62,636 bases of DNA, filler included, from Candidatus Woesearchaeota archaeon (GCA_003695265.1; 6 parts of 6 records of this genome joined end to end with filler, not necessarily neighbours in it), one strand, 5' to 3'; numbered from the whole stretch's first letter, positions 40,011 through 49,551 are shown. Translations and numbers: made by a program. Notes: a model not told the origin generated them from the sequence alone.

Positions 40011-40535
40011 ATGGCATTATTTAGAAAAGTGTCCGCTCGAGTAAAACTGCGCGAGGCAAAACAGAGAGAAGGTCTGAAAAACCTCAACCCATTAAGGCAT
40101 GTTTCCAGGAAAAGAGACCGCATAAGAGAAGAGAAGCACGCCCATAACCTAATAGAAGACACATTAAAAGCTGTCACTGATGTCAAAAAAAGCCTTAGCG
40201 GAGAAATAGACATTGATGATTACATAGAGTCCTTAAACGAATACGAGGAAAAAGTGAATCAAGCAATAAAAATTATTAGCAGCAGGGGAGAAGACATGGC
40301 TATAAAATTCCAGGAGCTTCTCAAAGCAGTAACCAACATGAAATCAATGATGGTGCAGATGAGGCAGCTCCGGGCGCAGAGCAATGAAAAAGCAGCGAGG
40401 GCAGCTCAGCTTTCAGAAATAGAAATTGCAAAGCTTAACGTAGAACTTGAGGCGCTTGGAAAAGTGTGCGACACATTAAGAAAACTATTCCTTGCTGAGA
40501 TGGACCAAGCAGAAAAGATAAAGAAAATAGCCTAA
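40011..40535 (+). CDS. Helical/coiled-coil hypothetical protein
   Basis: RBS GGTGA, heptad-rich sequence. Confidence 0.6.
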   Translation: MALFRKVSARVKLREAKQREGLKNLNPLRHVSRKRDRIREEKHAHNLIEDTLKAVTDVKKSLSGEIDIDDYIESLNEYEEKVNQAIKIISSRGEDMAIKFQELLKAVTNMKSMMVQMRQLRAQSNEKAARAAQLSEIEIAKLNVELEALGKVCDTLRKLFLAEMDQAEKIKKIA

Positions 40536-40590
40536 ACTTCAAAAAACATAAGCGAAAATAATAAAAATTTAGGCTGATTATCAAGAGGCA

Positions 40591-41661
40591 ATGCCACTGT
40601 TCAAAGATATCCTCAGCTCAGAAGAGAGCCTTTTCATGAACACTATTGCTCTTGATTATGATTACATCCCCAAACTCGTGCCGTACCGCGAGCAAGAGCA
40701 GCGCTACATAGCAGCCTGCATAAAGCCACTGCTGCAGAAGCGCAACGGCAAAAACCTTCTCATCTACGGCAGCCCTGGAGTCGGAAAAACAGTAGCAGTA
40801 AAGCACTTATTCAAAGAGCTGGAAGAAGAAACTGATGACGTCATAGCAATATACGTTAACTGCTGGCAGAAAAACACGCCCCACAAAATTATTCTCGAAA
40901 TGTGCGACCAGCTTGACTACAAGTTCACTCATAACAAGAACAGCGACGAGCTCTTCAAAATACTGAGAGACATGCTGAACAAGAAATCTGTAGTCTTCTG
41001 CTTTGACGAAATCGACAAGCTAGACGACGCAGGAATACTTTACCAAATATCAGAGGAAATCTACAGGAAAACAATAATCCTCATAACAAACTTCAAAGAC
41101 TGGATTGCAGGCCTGGATGAGCGGATAAAGTCCAGGCTCACAATAGAAATGCTTGAATTCAAACCTTACAACAAAGCAGAGACAAAAGGAATACTAAGGC
41201 ACCGCTTAGATTACGCTTTTGTGAAAGGCGTGTGGGATGAAAAAGCTTTCGACTTAATAGCAGAGAAAACCGCAGAGCTCAAAGACATCCGAACAGGACT
41301 CTACCTTATGAGAGAATCAGGAAACGAAGCAGAAAACAATGCATCAAGAAAAATAACAGTCGAACACGTAAAGGTCGCAATTGCCAAGTTTGACGACTTC
41401 TCCATAAAGAAAAGTACTGACTTGGATGAGGATGAGCGCTTTATCCTAAGCATAATAAAAGAGAATTCCGGAAAGAAAATCGGCGAATTATTCAAGCTCT
41501 ACAAAGAGCAGGGTGGAAAAGCAGGCTACAAGACATTCCAGCGCCGAATAGGTAAATTAGAAGCAAACAGCTTTATTTCTGTAAAGAAAATAGTCGGCGG
41601 CCCAGAAGGCTCCACAACCATAATCAATTATGAGAAAACAAAGAAGCTGACAGAATTCTAA
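40591..41661 (+). CDS. cdc6: Orc1/Cdc6 family replication initiator
   Basis: YIP..RE, GSPGVGKT, YVNC, DEID, SRL, FKPY, DIR; C-terminal winged helix. Confidence 0.92.
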   Translation: MPLFKDILSSEESLFMNTIALDYDYIPKLVPYREQEQRYIAACIKPLLQKRNGKNLLIYGSPGVGKTVAVKHLFKELEEETDDVIAIYVNCWQKNTPHKIILEMCDQLDYKFTHNKNSDELFKILRDMLNKKSVVFCFDEIDKLDDAGILYQISEEIYRKTIILITNFKDWIAGLDERIKSRLTIEMLEFKPYNKAETKGILRHRLDYAFVKGVWDEKAFDLIAEKTAELKDIRTGLYLMRESGNEAENNASRKITVEHVKVAIAKFDDFSIKKSTDLDEDERFILSIIKENSGKKIGELFKLYKEQGGKAGYKTFQRRIGKLEANSFISVKKIVGGPEGSTTIINYEKTKKLTEF

Positions 41662-41720
41662 GCACTGCCCACTGGACATTCACTCGGACGAGGTATTTAA
41701 AGCTGAAAATCTAAGTTCTA

Positions 41721-41786
41721 AAAGTGCTTGCCCCATAGCTGCACTTTAAGTTTGGCAGGAAAGAAGAATCCTGCCATTATTTTTTT
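41721..41786 (+). promoter_or_regulatory. Two tandem hairpins followed by a T-tract (structured leader or terminator)
   Basis: AAAGTGC/GCACTTT (41721-41747) and TGGCAGGA/TCCTGCCA (41753-41776), then TTATTTTTTT. Confidence 0.45.
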
Positions 41787-41803
41787 AGTGGAGGTGAAAC
41801 AAA

Positions 41804-41938
41804 ATGAGCGACGCAGCAGTGATCGAATACACAGAGCAAAAGTACGGCGTGCCACGCCTAAGCGAATCATTCCAGGCAGAAATAAGAGACCTTTTCATAG
41901 AAAGCGTGATGAAAGCAACAAAAAAAAGAATGAGGTGA
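41804..41938 (+). CDS. Small protein (44 aa, absent from ORF track)
   Basis: Strong RBS GGAGGTGA; MSDAAVIEYTEQKYGVPRLSESFQAEIRDLFIESVMKATKKRMR. Confidence 0.55.
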   Translation: MSDAAVIEYTEQKYGVPRLSESFQAEIRDLFIESVMKATKKRMR

Positions 41939-41943
41939 TAAAT

Positions 41944-42075
41944 ATGATAGGCTTGTTTGAAACAGAACTTGACAAAGATGATATCTACAGCGAGGAAACA
42001 ACGGGCCTGTGGCTGGAAGACGACAAGATATCCTCTGCTGAAGAAGCATTCATGCTCGGCTACCTGAAAGCATGA
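41944..42075 (+). CDS. Small acidic protein (43 aa)
   Basis: RBS GAGGTGAT; MIGLFETELDKDDIYSEE..DDKISSAEEAFMLGY. Confidence 0.6.
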   Translation: MIGLFETELDKDDIYSEETTGLWLEDDKISSAEEAFMLGYLKA

Positions 42076-42233
42076 TTTTTCCTTTTTTTTAAGCAAAAAG
42101 AATTCTGCTTGGTATTCCCAAAATATTTTCAGCATAAACCAATAATTTTATATTTTACCAAATATTAAATAAAAAAAAATAAGCAACAAAAAAGGGTTTA
42201 AAACATACAATCTTATTTTGAGGGGGGTTTAAA

Positions 42234-42710
42234 ATGCGAATATTGCCAAGATATGAAATTGACCAAGGAAGAGTTCCTTTTGCAACAGGCCTTGAATATG
42301 CAACAGGCTCTGACTCTGAAGAATGGACCAATCTGGACAGGACAAGAATTTTAAGTGTGTTAAATGATTTACAAAGAAGCGGCGTGCTTAATTTCTCACC
42401 TATTGAGAGAACAGTTGAGATTACTTTTAGAGACGGACATTCTTATTTGCTCGCAACAGGAAGCCCTGTGGAAGGCAATTTCCAACCAGAAGCAGTATTC
42501 CCTCATTTGGACCACAGCACAGCACAATACAACGCCTTGTACTACATAGATAAAGGAACAAACAGTGTTGTTTACAGGCCACAAGAGGGCTTTGGCAGCT
42601 GGGAACATAAAGATCTGCTCCTTGTTGATATGGCAATAACAAAGCTGACAAACGAATTAAGCGAACGTTTTTTAGCGGAAGAAAAAGCAAGGGCAGAATC
42701 TGATGACTAA
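42234..42710 (+). CDS. Hypothetical protein
   Basis: RBS GAGGGGG, 158-aa ORF, no motif recognised. Confidence 0.6.
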   Translation: MRILPRYEIDQGRVPFATGLEYATGSDSEEWTNLDRTRILSVLNDLQRSGVLNFSPIERTVEITFRDGHSYLLATGSPVEGNFQPEAVFPHLDHSTAQYNALYYIDKGTNSVVYRPQEGFGSWEHKDLLLVDMAITKLTNELSERFLAEEKARAESDD

Positions 42711-42743
42711 TTGATGACTAATTAAGCCATAACACATAAACAA

Positions 42744-43940
42744 TTATAAGCTGTTTGTTTTACTCTTATAAATTTGAAAGTTATACGAACTTCCTGTTAA
42801 AAAATCTGACAATAATCCGGATAACGACTCAAAATAACCATTGTCATCCAGATGCTTTGCGACTTTTGTAATAATACTAGACTCAATTCTTCTTATTAAA
42901 GTATCATACTTAATATCATGTAATCTGCTTTTGTAAATTTGTTCAGAAAAAAGGGTTTGTTGTGATTTAATATGAAACCTATACCATTGAGTGTCAGGAT
43001 GCATTAGTCTAACACCCCTCCCTCTATTAACAATTTTCAAGTCTGATTCCGGCACTTCTGCATCCTCACCAAGCATTCTTCTCAGCTGCGCCACAACAAC
43101 TGGAAGATAAGTTTCTCTTGTGCGCCTCAAATGCTGCGCTCTCTTTTCCAAAACATAATCATTCCCACTGAAATGCTGGAGATGAGCCAACACTCTCCCA
43201 ATAAGGTCATCTAAATCATCGCACTCAATGATTGCTCCGGCGCTTACGAGCTGCCTGTACCCATATTGTGCTGTGTCTGAAGGAGGAACCATGAACAGGG
43301 GGCCGCCCTCTGTTGCTTCCACGAAATTATGCAAAGGAGCTGATGAAGGCGAAATGTTGTGCGCGTTTATAGTAGCGTCAGCAACCGCATAATAATCCTT
43401 TAAGACGCCGTGCTTTTGAACAGAACGAACCCTTCTTTTTGCCTTCTTGCTCAATCCTAAGCTTTCCACATCAACACATCCAACAAGGTAGACATTAGCG
43501 AATTTTGATGCTTCCTCAACAATTCTTGCAAGTTCTCGAGAGAAATCCGCGTATCCTATAACTAAAACAGGCCTGTCAGAAGGGATATCATACTTTTTTC
43601 TTAGTTCTGTTTTTTCCTCATCAGTTAATGGGGCAACGCTGTTTTTCAAGATTGATATGTCAATGGATAAGTCTCCACAATCACCTATGTCAGAATAGCA
43701 TCCAACCACAGCATCGATTGAATTTAACTGCTCAGCTGTTGGAGAAGAAGCCAGGACCTCTCTGGCGCGCTCTGTATTGATAAAGCCGCCAAAAAACAGG
43801 TTGGCATTAAGCCCGTTCTCTGGCAAGTGCTCAGACAAGAAATCATAAAGGGTCTTTAAAGCGTAAAGGTCGGCAAGCTCCCTAACCTGAAATAACACAT
43901 TCTTTGTCCTGGCTTCAACAGCCTGCTCCAAAGCTTCCAT
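42744..43940 (-). CDS. Probable GT-B glycosyltransferase-like protein (C-terminal half resembles WaaA/GT30)
   Basis: ELRKKYDIP..PVLVIG, GVLKDYYAVAD, HNFVEA..P. Confidence 0.55.
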   Translation of the reverse strand: MEALEQAVEARTKNVLFQVRELADLYALKTLYDFLSEHLPENGLNANLFFGGFINTERAREVLASSPTAEQLNSIDAVVGCYSDIGDCGDLSIDISILKNSVAPLTDEEKTELRKKYDIPSDRPVLVIGYADFSRELARIVEEASKFANVYLVGCVDVESLGLSKKAKRRVRSVQKHGVLKDYYAVADATINAHNISPSSAPLHNFVEATEGGPLFMVPPSDTAQYGYRQLVSAGAIIECDDLDDLIGRVLAHLQHFSGNDYVLEKRAQHLRRTRETYLPVVVAQLRRMLGEDAEVPESDLKIVNRGRGVRLMHPDTQWYRFHIKSQQTLFSEQIYKSRLHDIKYDTLIRRIESSIITKVAKHLDDNGYFESLSGLLSDFLTGSSYNFQIYKSKTNSL

Positions 43941-44012
43941 AATAATTGTGATTAGTAATTTGGCTATATAAATCTTTCGATTTTGTTATCACTTATAAGT
44001 AATAAATAAAAA

Positions 44013-44112
44013 NNNNNNNNNNNNNNNNNNNNNNNNNNNNNNNNNNNNNNNNNNNNTTAATTAATTAANNNNNNNNNNNNNNNNNNNNNNNNNNNNNNNN
44101 NNNNNNNNNNNN
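44013..44112. other. Artificial contig spacer
   Basis: N44-TTAATTAATTAA-N44. Confidence 0.97.
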
Positions 44113-44168
44113 GATCTAGTATAAGTCATAAATTTTAAAACACAATATCTGTATATAAGTATTTCTTT

Positions 44169-45122
44169 TTAATAATAATTTTTATACCACTCAATAAACC
44201 TTCTCATTCCTTCCTCAACACTAACCTTTGGCTTAAATCCGAGGAGACTTTTTGCTTTTGATATGTCTGCGTATGTTATTTTCACGTCTCCTGGCTGGAT
44301 TGGGTATCGTCTTATTTTTGCTTTTTTTCCGAGGTGCTTTTCAATAATGGAAATAAAGTCTCGCAGTTTTATTGTGTTTGAGTTTCCGAGGTTTATTATT
44401 TCGTATTTAAAAGGCTTGTTAAGCGCGGCAATTATTCCGTCAACGACGTCTGTTATGAATGTGTAGTCTCTTCTTGTTGTGCCGTCTCCGAACATTTTTA
44501 TCGGTTTTCCTTCATTAATCCATTTTGTGAAAAGGTAAGGTGCCATGTCCGGCCTTCCGCGCGGCCCGTAAACTGTGAAGAACCTTAAGCAAGTGACGTT
44601 TATTTTGTATAAGTGGCTGTACGTGTAGCAGTAAAGCTCGCATGCTTTCTTTGATGCTGCGTAAGGTGATATTGGCTTTTCCACTTTGTCTTCTTCTGAG
44701 AAAGGCACTTTTGTGCTGTTTCCATAAACAGATGATGATGAGCCGAAAATAAAATTTTTTATACTGTATTTCTTTGAGAGTTCCAGAAGGTTTAATGTTC
44801 CTTTAATATTGGTGTCCTCATACAATAATGGTTTTTCAATTGAGGACCTGACACCGGCTCTCGCTGCTAGATGTATTATTCTGCTGATTTTGTTGTTTTG
44901 AAAAACTTGTTCTAATTGGTCTTTGTGAGTGATGTCTATGTTTAAGAATGAGTAGTTTGGGTTGTCAAGGTTGTGCTGAATGTTCCTTATTTTTATTTTA
45001 GTTGGATAATATGAATTGAGGTTGTCTAAGCAGATAACTCTTTTTCCAATGGACAAAAGCCTGTCGCAGACATGGCTGCCGATAAAGCCTGCGCCGCCTG
45101 TAACAAGGATTGTTTCTCCCAT
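44169..45122 (-). CDS. NAD-dependent epimerase, UDP-glucuronate 4-epimerase-like
   Basis: TGGAGFIG, HLAARAGVR, YAASK, RFFTVYGPRGRPDMA. Confidence 0.9.
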   Translation of the reverse strand: MGETILVTGGAGFIGSHVCDRLLSIGKRVICLDNLNSYYPTKIKIRNIQHNLDNPNYSFLNIDITHKDQLEQVFQNNKISRIIHLAARAGVRSSIEKPLLYEDTNIKGTLNLLELSKKYSIKNFIFGSSSSVYGNSTKVPFSEEDKVEKPISPYAASKKACELYCYTYSHLYKINVTCLRFFTVYGPRGRPDMAPYLFTKWINEGKPIKMFGDGTTRRDYTFITDVVDGIIAALNKPFKYEIINLGNSNTIKLRDFISIIEKHLGKKAKIRRYPIQPGDVKITYADISKAKSLLGFKPKVSVEEGMRRFIEWYKNYY

Positions 45123-45148
45123 AGAGGAGTGAAGAAAAATGGGTATAT

Positions 45149-45901
45149 TTAAACCTTTTTCTTTGACCTGTATTCTTTGTCTGCTGCTTCCAGGCCTTCA
45201 AAGCTTCCGATGTCAAACCATTTCTCATTTGGTTTTGTGCCGTAGACAAAGCCGTACACTTCAGATTTCTTATACAGGTATTGTATGAAATGGCCTGCTT
45301 GGTCTCTGCTCTTGTGTTTTTCCATGTACTCATTAAGCTGTTTTATAGTGTTTTTTGTGAACATGTAAATTAGTGTTGCGGAAAGGGTTGATTTGGGGTT
45401 GTGCGGCTTCTCTTCAAAGCTTACTATTCTGCCTTTTTTGTTTATCTCGGCAATTCCGAATTTCTTTGCGTACTCATAATTTTTCACGTCATAAAGAGCT
45501 ATTACAGGAGCGTTTTTTTCTTTGAAGAACTTTTTCATTTCTTCAAGGCCGAACTGGAACAGGTTGTCGCCTGCAATTATCATCAAGTCCTCATCAAGTT
45601 TTTTCTTGTCAATAACGAATTGTATGTCTCCTAATGCGCCGAGGCGGACGTCCTCTGACATTGTGCCGTCATTCAAAATCTCAATGTTTTCGTTATCTGG
45701 ATAGTATTTAAGCCATTTCTCAAACTGCGGGAAGAATTTGTTGTTTGTGACAACGTAAATTTTGGTTGTTATTGGCCTTATTTTTTCTATTATGTATTCT
45801 ATTATCGGTTTGTCTGCTATGTTAATCAAAGGCTTTGCGATCTTTTTTGTCATGGGATACATCCTAACAGCGTATCCTGCGGCAAGTATTATTGCTTTCA
45901 T
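45149..45901 (-). CDS. Sugar-phosphate nucleotidyltransferase
   Basis: ILAAGYAVR..KPL, GDN, EEKP, WFDIG. Confidence 0.88.
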   Translation of the reverse strand: MKAIILAAGYAVRMYPMTKKIAKPLINIADKPIIEYIIEKIRPITTKIYVVTNNKFFPQFEKWLKYYPDNENIEILNDGTMSEDVRLGALGDIQFVIDKKKLDEDLMIIAGDNLFQFGLEEMKKFFKEKNAPVIALYDVKNYEYAKKFGIAEINKKGRIVSFEEKPHNPKSTLSATLIYMFTKNTIKQLNEYMEKHKSRDQAGHFIQYLYKKSEVYGFVYGTKPNEKWFDIGSFEGLEAADKEYRSKKKV

Positions 45902-45904
45902 TTT

Positions 45905-47173
45905 TTACCAGCACACACCTTGATAGTTTTTAGGCCTTTTACCGTCGAAAATGTTTTTTCCGTCAATCACTAGTTTTTCTTTGTAATCAACGTCTTTGAA
46001 CTCAGGCCATTCTGTCAGTATAAGCGCGACGTCAGCAGAGTCGACTGCTTCCTGCGCGCTTGAAGCGTATTTCAAATGTGGAAACAGCTTCTTAACCTTG
46101 TTGACAGCCACTGGGTCAAAGATTATTAGTTCTTTGTCGTCCAGCAGGAGTTCCTTTATGATGCTTAGGGAAGGGCTTTCCCTAATGTCATCTGTTCCTG
46201 CTTTGAATGTCAAGCCAAGTATGGCTATTTTATCATTATTAAACTTATCGTTTTCATCAAGCAGTTCCAATAGTTTTATGGGTTGGTCGCGGTTAACGTC
46301 AAGTACTGACCTGAGAAGCCTGGGATGATAGCCGTGCTCTGTCGCCTTGTAAATTAATGCCTGGACGTCTTTCGGGAAGCAGCTGCCGCCAAACCCTATT
46401 CCTGACTTAAAGAACTTCCTTCCTATGCGATGGTCTAATCCTACAGCTTCTGCAACTTTGTTAGTGTTTATTGACATTTTCTTGCAAATGTTTCCGATTT
46501 CATTAATGAATGACAGCTTTGTTGCTAGGAAAGCGTTTGATGCGTACTTTATCATCTCCGCCTCCTTAAAGCTTGTTCTTATTATCGGCGCCTCGAATTT
46601 TTTGAATATTTCTTCTGCAGCCTTAATAGAATCATTGTCATTTGAGCCTATTACTATTCTGTCAGGATTTCTGAAGTCTTCAAGGGCTGAGCCTTCTCGC
46701 AAAAATTCAGGGCAGGAAACTGCCCCAAAACCATTAGGGTATTTTTTTCCTGAATGCTTTTCTATCTGTGGTATTACTGTTTCTTGCATTGTTCCTGGAA
46801 CAACAGTGCTTTTTACTATGATGTAATGCTTGCCTTTTTTTCGTTTTAGGGCTATTCCTATTTCTTGAGAAGCCTTTTTTATCTGGTCCAAGTTTATTGA
46901 GCCGCGCTTTCTGGAAGGGGTGCCTACGCAGATAAAAGTGGCATCAGAATTTAGCACAGCAGCCTTAAAATTGGTGGTTGCCTTCAGCTTTGAAGGAACC
47001 ACTTTAACCAATAATTCTTTCAGCCCTTTCTCATATATTGGAGGTGTTCTCTCGTTGATTAGTTTTACTTTTTCTTTGCTTATATCGACGCAGGTTACCT
47101 GATGGCCTTTTTCTGCAAGGCCTGCCCCTGTTATTAGCCCAACATATCCTGTTCCTATAATGCTTATGTTCAT
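45905..47173 (-). CDS. ugd: UDP-glucose/GDP-mannose 6-dehydrogenase
   Basis: GTGYVG, KSTV, PEFLREG, GGSCFPKD, DDIRESP. Confidence 0.92.
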   Translation of the reverse strand: MNISIIGTGYVGLITGAGLAEKGHQVTCVDISKEKVKLINERTPPIYEKGLKELLVKVVPSKLKATTNFKAAVLNSDATFICVGTPSRKRGSINLDQIKKASQEIGIALKRKKGKHYIIVKSTVVPGTMQETVIPQIEKHSGKKYPNGFGAVSCPEFLREGSALEDFRNPDRIVIGSNDNDSIKAAEEIFKKFEAPIIRTSFKEAEMIKYASNAFLATKLSFINEIGNICKKMSINTNKVAEAVGLDHRIGRKFFKSGIGFGGSCFPKDVQALIYKATEHGYHPRLLRSVLDVNRDQPIKLLELLDENDKFNNDKIAILGLTFKAGTDDIRESPSLSIIKELLLDDKELIIFDPVAVNKVKKLFPHLKYASSAQEAVDSADVALILTEWPEFKDVDYKEKLVIDGKNIFDGKRPKNYQGVCW

Positions 47174-47206
47174 AGATTGTTATGAAGCAAAATAATATAA
47201 ATATAT

Positions 47207-47227
47207 TACCTTTATCCTACCTTATCC
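47207..47227. promoter_or_regulatory. Tandem direct repeat TACCTTTATCC/TACCTTATCC, candidate operator
   Basis: Lies between two divergent TATA-like elements (ugd and the RHH fusion gene). Confidence 0.4.
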
Positions 47228-47264
47228 GATAAATATATATAGTTGTTTTGGTTTATTGCATTTT

Positions 47265-48068
47265 ATGAAGGAAAAAATCTCGATAACTCTTAACAAAAAA
47301 ATAATTCAGGAAATTGACGGCATTGTTGACAACGTGTTCATAAGGAACAGAAGCCAGGCAATAGAATACCTTGTTAACAACGCTTTGGGCCAGCAAAAAA
47401 CAGCAGTCATTCTTGTCGGCGGCCCTTTGGAAAAGTTGAGGATAAACGGACAATTCAAAATAACAGCAAAGGCTGGCAACCTCACAGTAGTGGAGCTTGC
47501 TGTTAAGAAGCTGCGCGAAAACGGCTTCAAGAAAATTTTTGTAGTTGGAAAACATCCAATATTGACGGCTGTGTTTGACGTCGTGAAAGAAGGCTCAAGG
47601 TACGGAGTATCAATCAATTATGTTGAGGAAATAAGAGCAGAGGGCAGCGCGGAATCTCTAAAGTATTTGCGTGGGAAAATAAGGAGCAGCTTCCTTGTCG
47701 TGTTCGGAGACATAATATTTGAAAGGATAAACATTCAAAAGCTGTGGGAAGATCACATAAAGCAGCGCGGCATCGCCACCCTTATGCTCACAACATCTGC
47801 TACGCCTTCAAAAAAAGGAGTTGTCAAGGTTGAGGGCAACAAGATTCTTGAGTTCATTCAAAAGCCAAAAACAACAGACATTTATCTTGGATTCTCATCC
47901 ATTTTTGCTGCGGAGCCGGAAATACTTGAGTATGAGGGCAAAAGCCTTGAATATGATGTTTTCCCAAAGCTTGCAGAAAAAGGACTCCTGATAGGGCATT
48001 TGAGCAGTGAGAAAGAGATTCATATAAACACTTTGGAAGACTTAAGAAACGCAAACAAAAAATGTTAA
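47265..48068 (+). CDS. Ribbon-helix-helix DNA-binding domain fused to degenerate sugar nucleotidyltransferase domain
   Basis: KEKISITL..EID..NRSQAIE (RHH); AVILVGG, YVEE..GSA, FGD, QKP (NTP_transferase) lacking GxGxR. Confidence 0.75.
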   Translation: MKEKISITLNKKIIQEIDGIVDNVFIRNRSQAIEYLVNNALGQQKTAVILVGGPLEKLRINGQFKITAKAGNLTVVELAVKKLRENGFKKIFVVGKHPILTAVFDVVKEGSRYGVSINYVEEIRAEGSAESLKYLRGKIRSSFLVVFGDIIFERINIQKLWEDHIKQRGIATLMLTTSATPSKKGVVKVEGNKILEFIQKPKTTDIYLGFSSIFAAEPEILEYEGKSLEYDVFPKLAEKGLLIGHLSSEKEIHINTLEDLRNANKKC

Positions 48069-48400
48069 AATGGCAAGCCAATTCCTAGAATTTCCTTTAA
48101 TTCCTCGCTCGGCTCCCACAGGGGCTCAAAAACAATTTCTATCTCAGCCTCAAAGCCTTTTTTCTTTAATTCCTCGGTTAAATTGTCGATGAGTATTTGG
48201 CCGTAGGGGCACATGGGGCTTGTAAAAGTCATGTAAATGTTTACTTTTTTCCCTTTAACTTTGAGGTCGTAAATTAGTCCGAGAGTCCATATGTCAACAC
48301 CTATTTCGGGATCAACGATTTTTTTCATGACTTCTATTATTGGCTTGTTTTCTTCTATTTTTTCCATTTCTGAGGCTTCTTTCTTTTTGAATTCACTCAT
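48065..48400 (-). CDS. DUF59/SufT-like Fe-S assembly factor
   Basis: DPEIGVDIWTLGLIY..TSPMCP..FEPLW. Confidence 0.88.
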   Translation of the reverse strand: MSEFKKKEASEMEKIEENKPIIEVMKKIVDPEIGVDIWTLGLIYDLKVKGKKVNIYMTFTSPMCPYGQILIDNLTEELKKKGFEAEIEIVFEPLWEPSEELKEILGIGLPF

Positions 48401-48409
48401 TTTAGCAAG

Positions 48410-49147
48410 TTAAGAAACATGAGAATACCCTTTTGATTCTATTTCATGAGCCAGCACGTCGCCCTTTGCTTCCTTGGTAATCCTGCCTTCTTTTATTACG
48501 CTGACTTTGTCAACTTTAATGTATTTTAATATCCTGTTGTAATGAGTTATGAGCAAGCATCCCATGCCGGTGCTCTTTTTTATTGTGTTAATGCCGTTTG
48601 CTATTGTTTTGAGGGCGTCAATGTCAGTGCCGCTGTCTGTCTCGTCAAGTATTGCGAATTTCGGCTGGAGAACAGCTAATTGCAGGATTTCTGATTTCTT
48701 CTTCTCACCTCCTGAGAAGCCCTCGTTCAAGTACCTTCTTCCAAATTTTTCGTCTATTCCAAGGAGTTTCATCTTCTCTTTCAATAATTTGTGAAAGCTG
48801 ACAACGTCAAGCTTTTCTTCCTTTAAGTTGTTGTATGCTGTCCTTAAGAAATTGCTTATAGTTACTCCGGTCACTTCACATGGGTATTGGAATGAGAGGA
48901 ATAAGCCAAGCTTTGCTCTCTCATCAGCGCTCATCCCAGTAATGTCTTTGCCGTTCAGCAGGATTTTTCCTTTTTCTACCTTGTACTTTTGATTGCCCAT
49001 TATAACGTTTGCTATTGTGCTCTTGCCGGAGCCGTTCGGGCCCATGAGGGCATGTACTTTCCCGGACTCTATTTCCAGATTAACGCCTCTCAGTATTTTT
49101 TTTCCGTTAACGCTTACATGCAGGTTTTTTAATTGCAGCTTAGCCAT
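48410..49147 (-). CDS. sufC: Fe-S assembly ATPase SufC
   Basis: GPNGSGKST, FQYP, FSGGEKK, LDETDSG, ITHY. Confidence 0.95.
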   Translation of the reverse strand: MAKLQLKNLHVSVNGKKILRGVNLEIESGKVHALMGPNGSGKSTIANVIMGNQKYKVEKGKILLNGKDITGMSADERAKLGLFLSFQYPCEVTGVTISNFLRTAYNNLKEEKLDVVSFHKLLKEKMKLLGIDEKFGRRYLNEGFSGGEKKKSEILQLAVLQPKFAILDETDSGTDIDALKTIANGINTIKKSTGMGCLLITHYNRILKYIKVDKVSVIKEGRITKEAKGDVLAHEIESKGYSHVS

Positions 49148-49149
49148 GA

Positions 49150-49551
49150 TTATTCACCCATTTTCTCTATTATTTTTTTCAAGGCCCTCCAGGAAAGTAG
49201 GCCGCATTTCATCCTCACAACACCTAAAGGCACGCCTATCATTTCTAAAATATCGTCTTTGCCAAGCTTTTCTAATTCAGCAAAGGCCATTCCTTTTATT
49301 TTTTCAGTGAGCATTGACGTTGCTGCCATGCTGATTGCGCACCCTTTCCCGACAAACTTCGCGTCAATTACTTTTCCGTTTTCGACTTTAACATAAAGCT
49401 TTACCTCGTCTCCGCACAGGGGATTTGATTCTTCCTGGCAGAAGCTGTTTTTTATTTCGCCGAAGTTTCTAGGGTGCTTGTAATGGTCAAGGATGTTTTC
49501 CTTGTATATTTCGTCTTCGCCAACCCAATCAGGATTTGTGTCCTCGCTCAT
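49150..49551 (-). CDS. sufU: SufU/IscU-type scaffold
   Basis: ILDHY..PRN, NPLCGD, GCAIS, RMKC. Confidence 0.9.
   Translation of the reverse strand: MSEDTNPDWVGEDEIYKENILDHYKHPRNFGEIKNSFCQEESNPLCGDEVKLYVKVENGKVIDAKFVGKGCAISMAATSMLTEKIKGMAFAELEKLGKDDILEMIGVPLGVVRMKCGLLSWRALKKIIEKMGE

Noticed and set aside
41728..41943. N-terminal part of the 115-aa ORF 41728..42075
   Set aside because: Runs through hairpins and overlaps an RBS-led ORF in another frame; only 41944..42075 looks coding.
40536..42230. Replication origin next to cdc6
   Set aside because: No ORB-like TCCA-N2-GGAAA-G-string box seen on either side.
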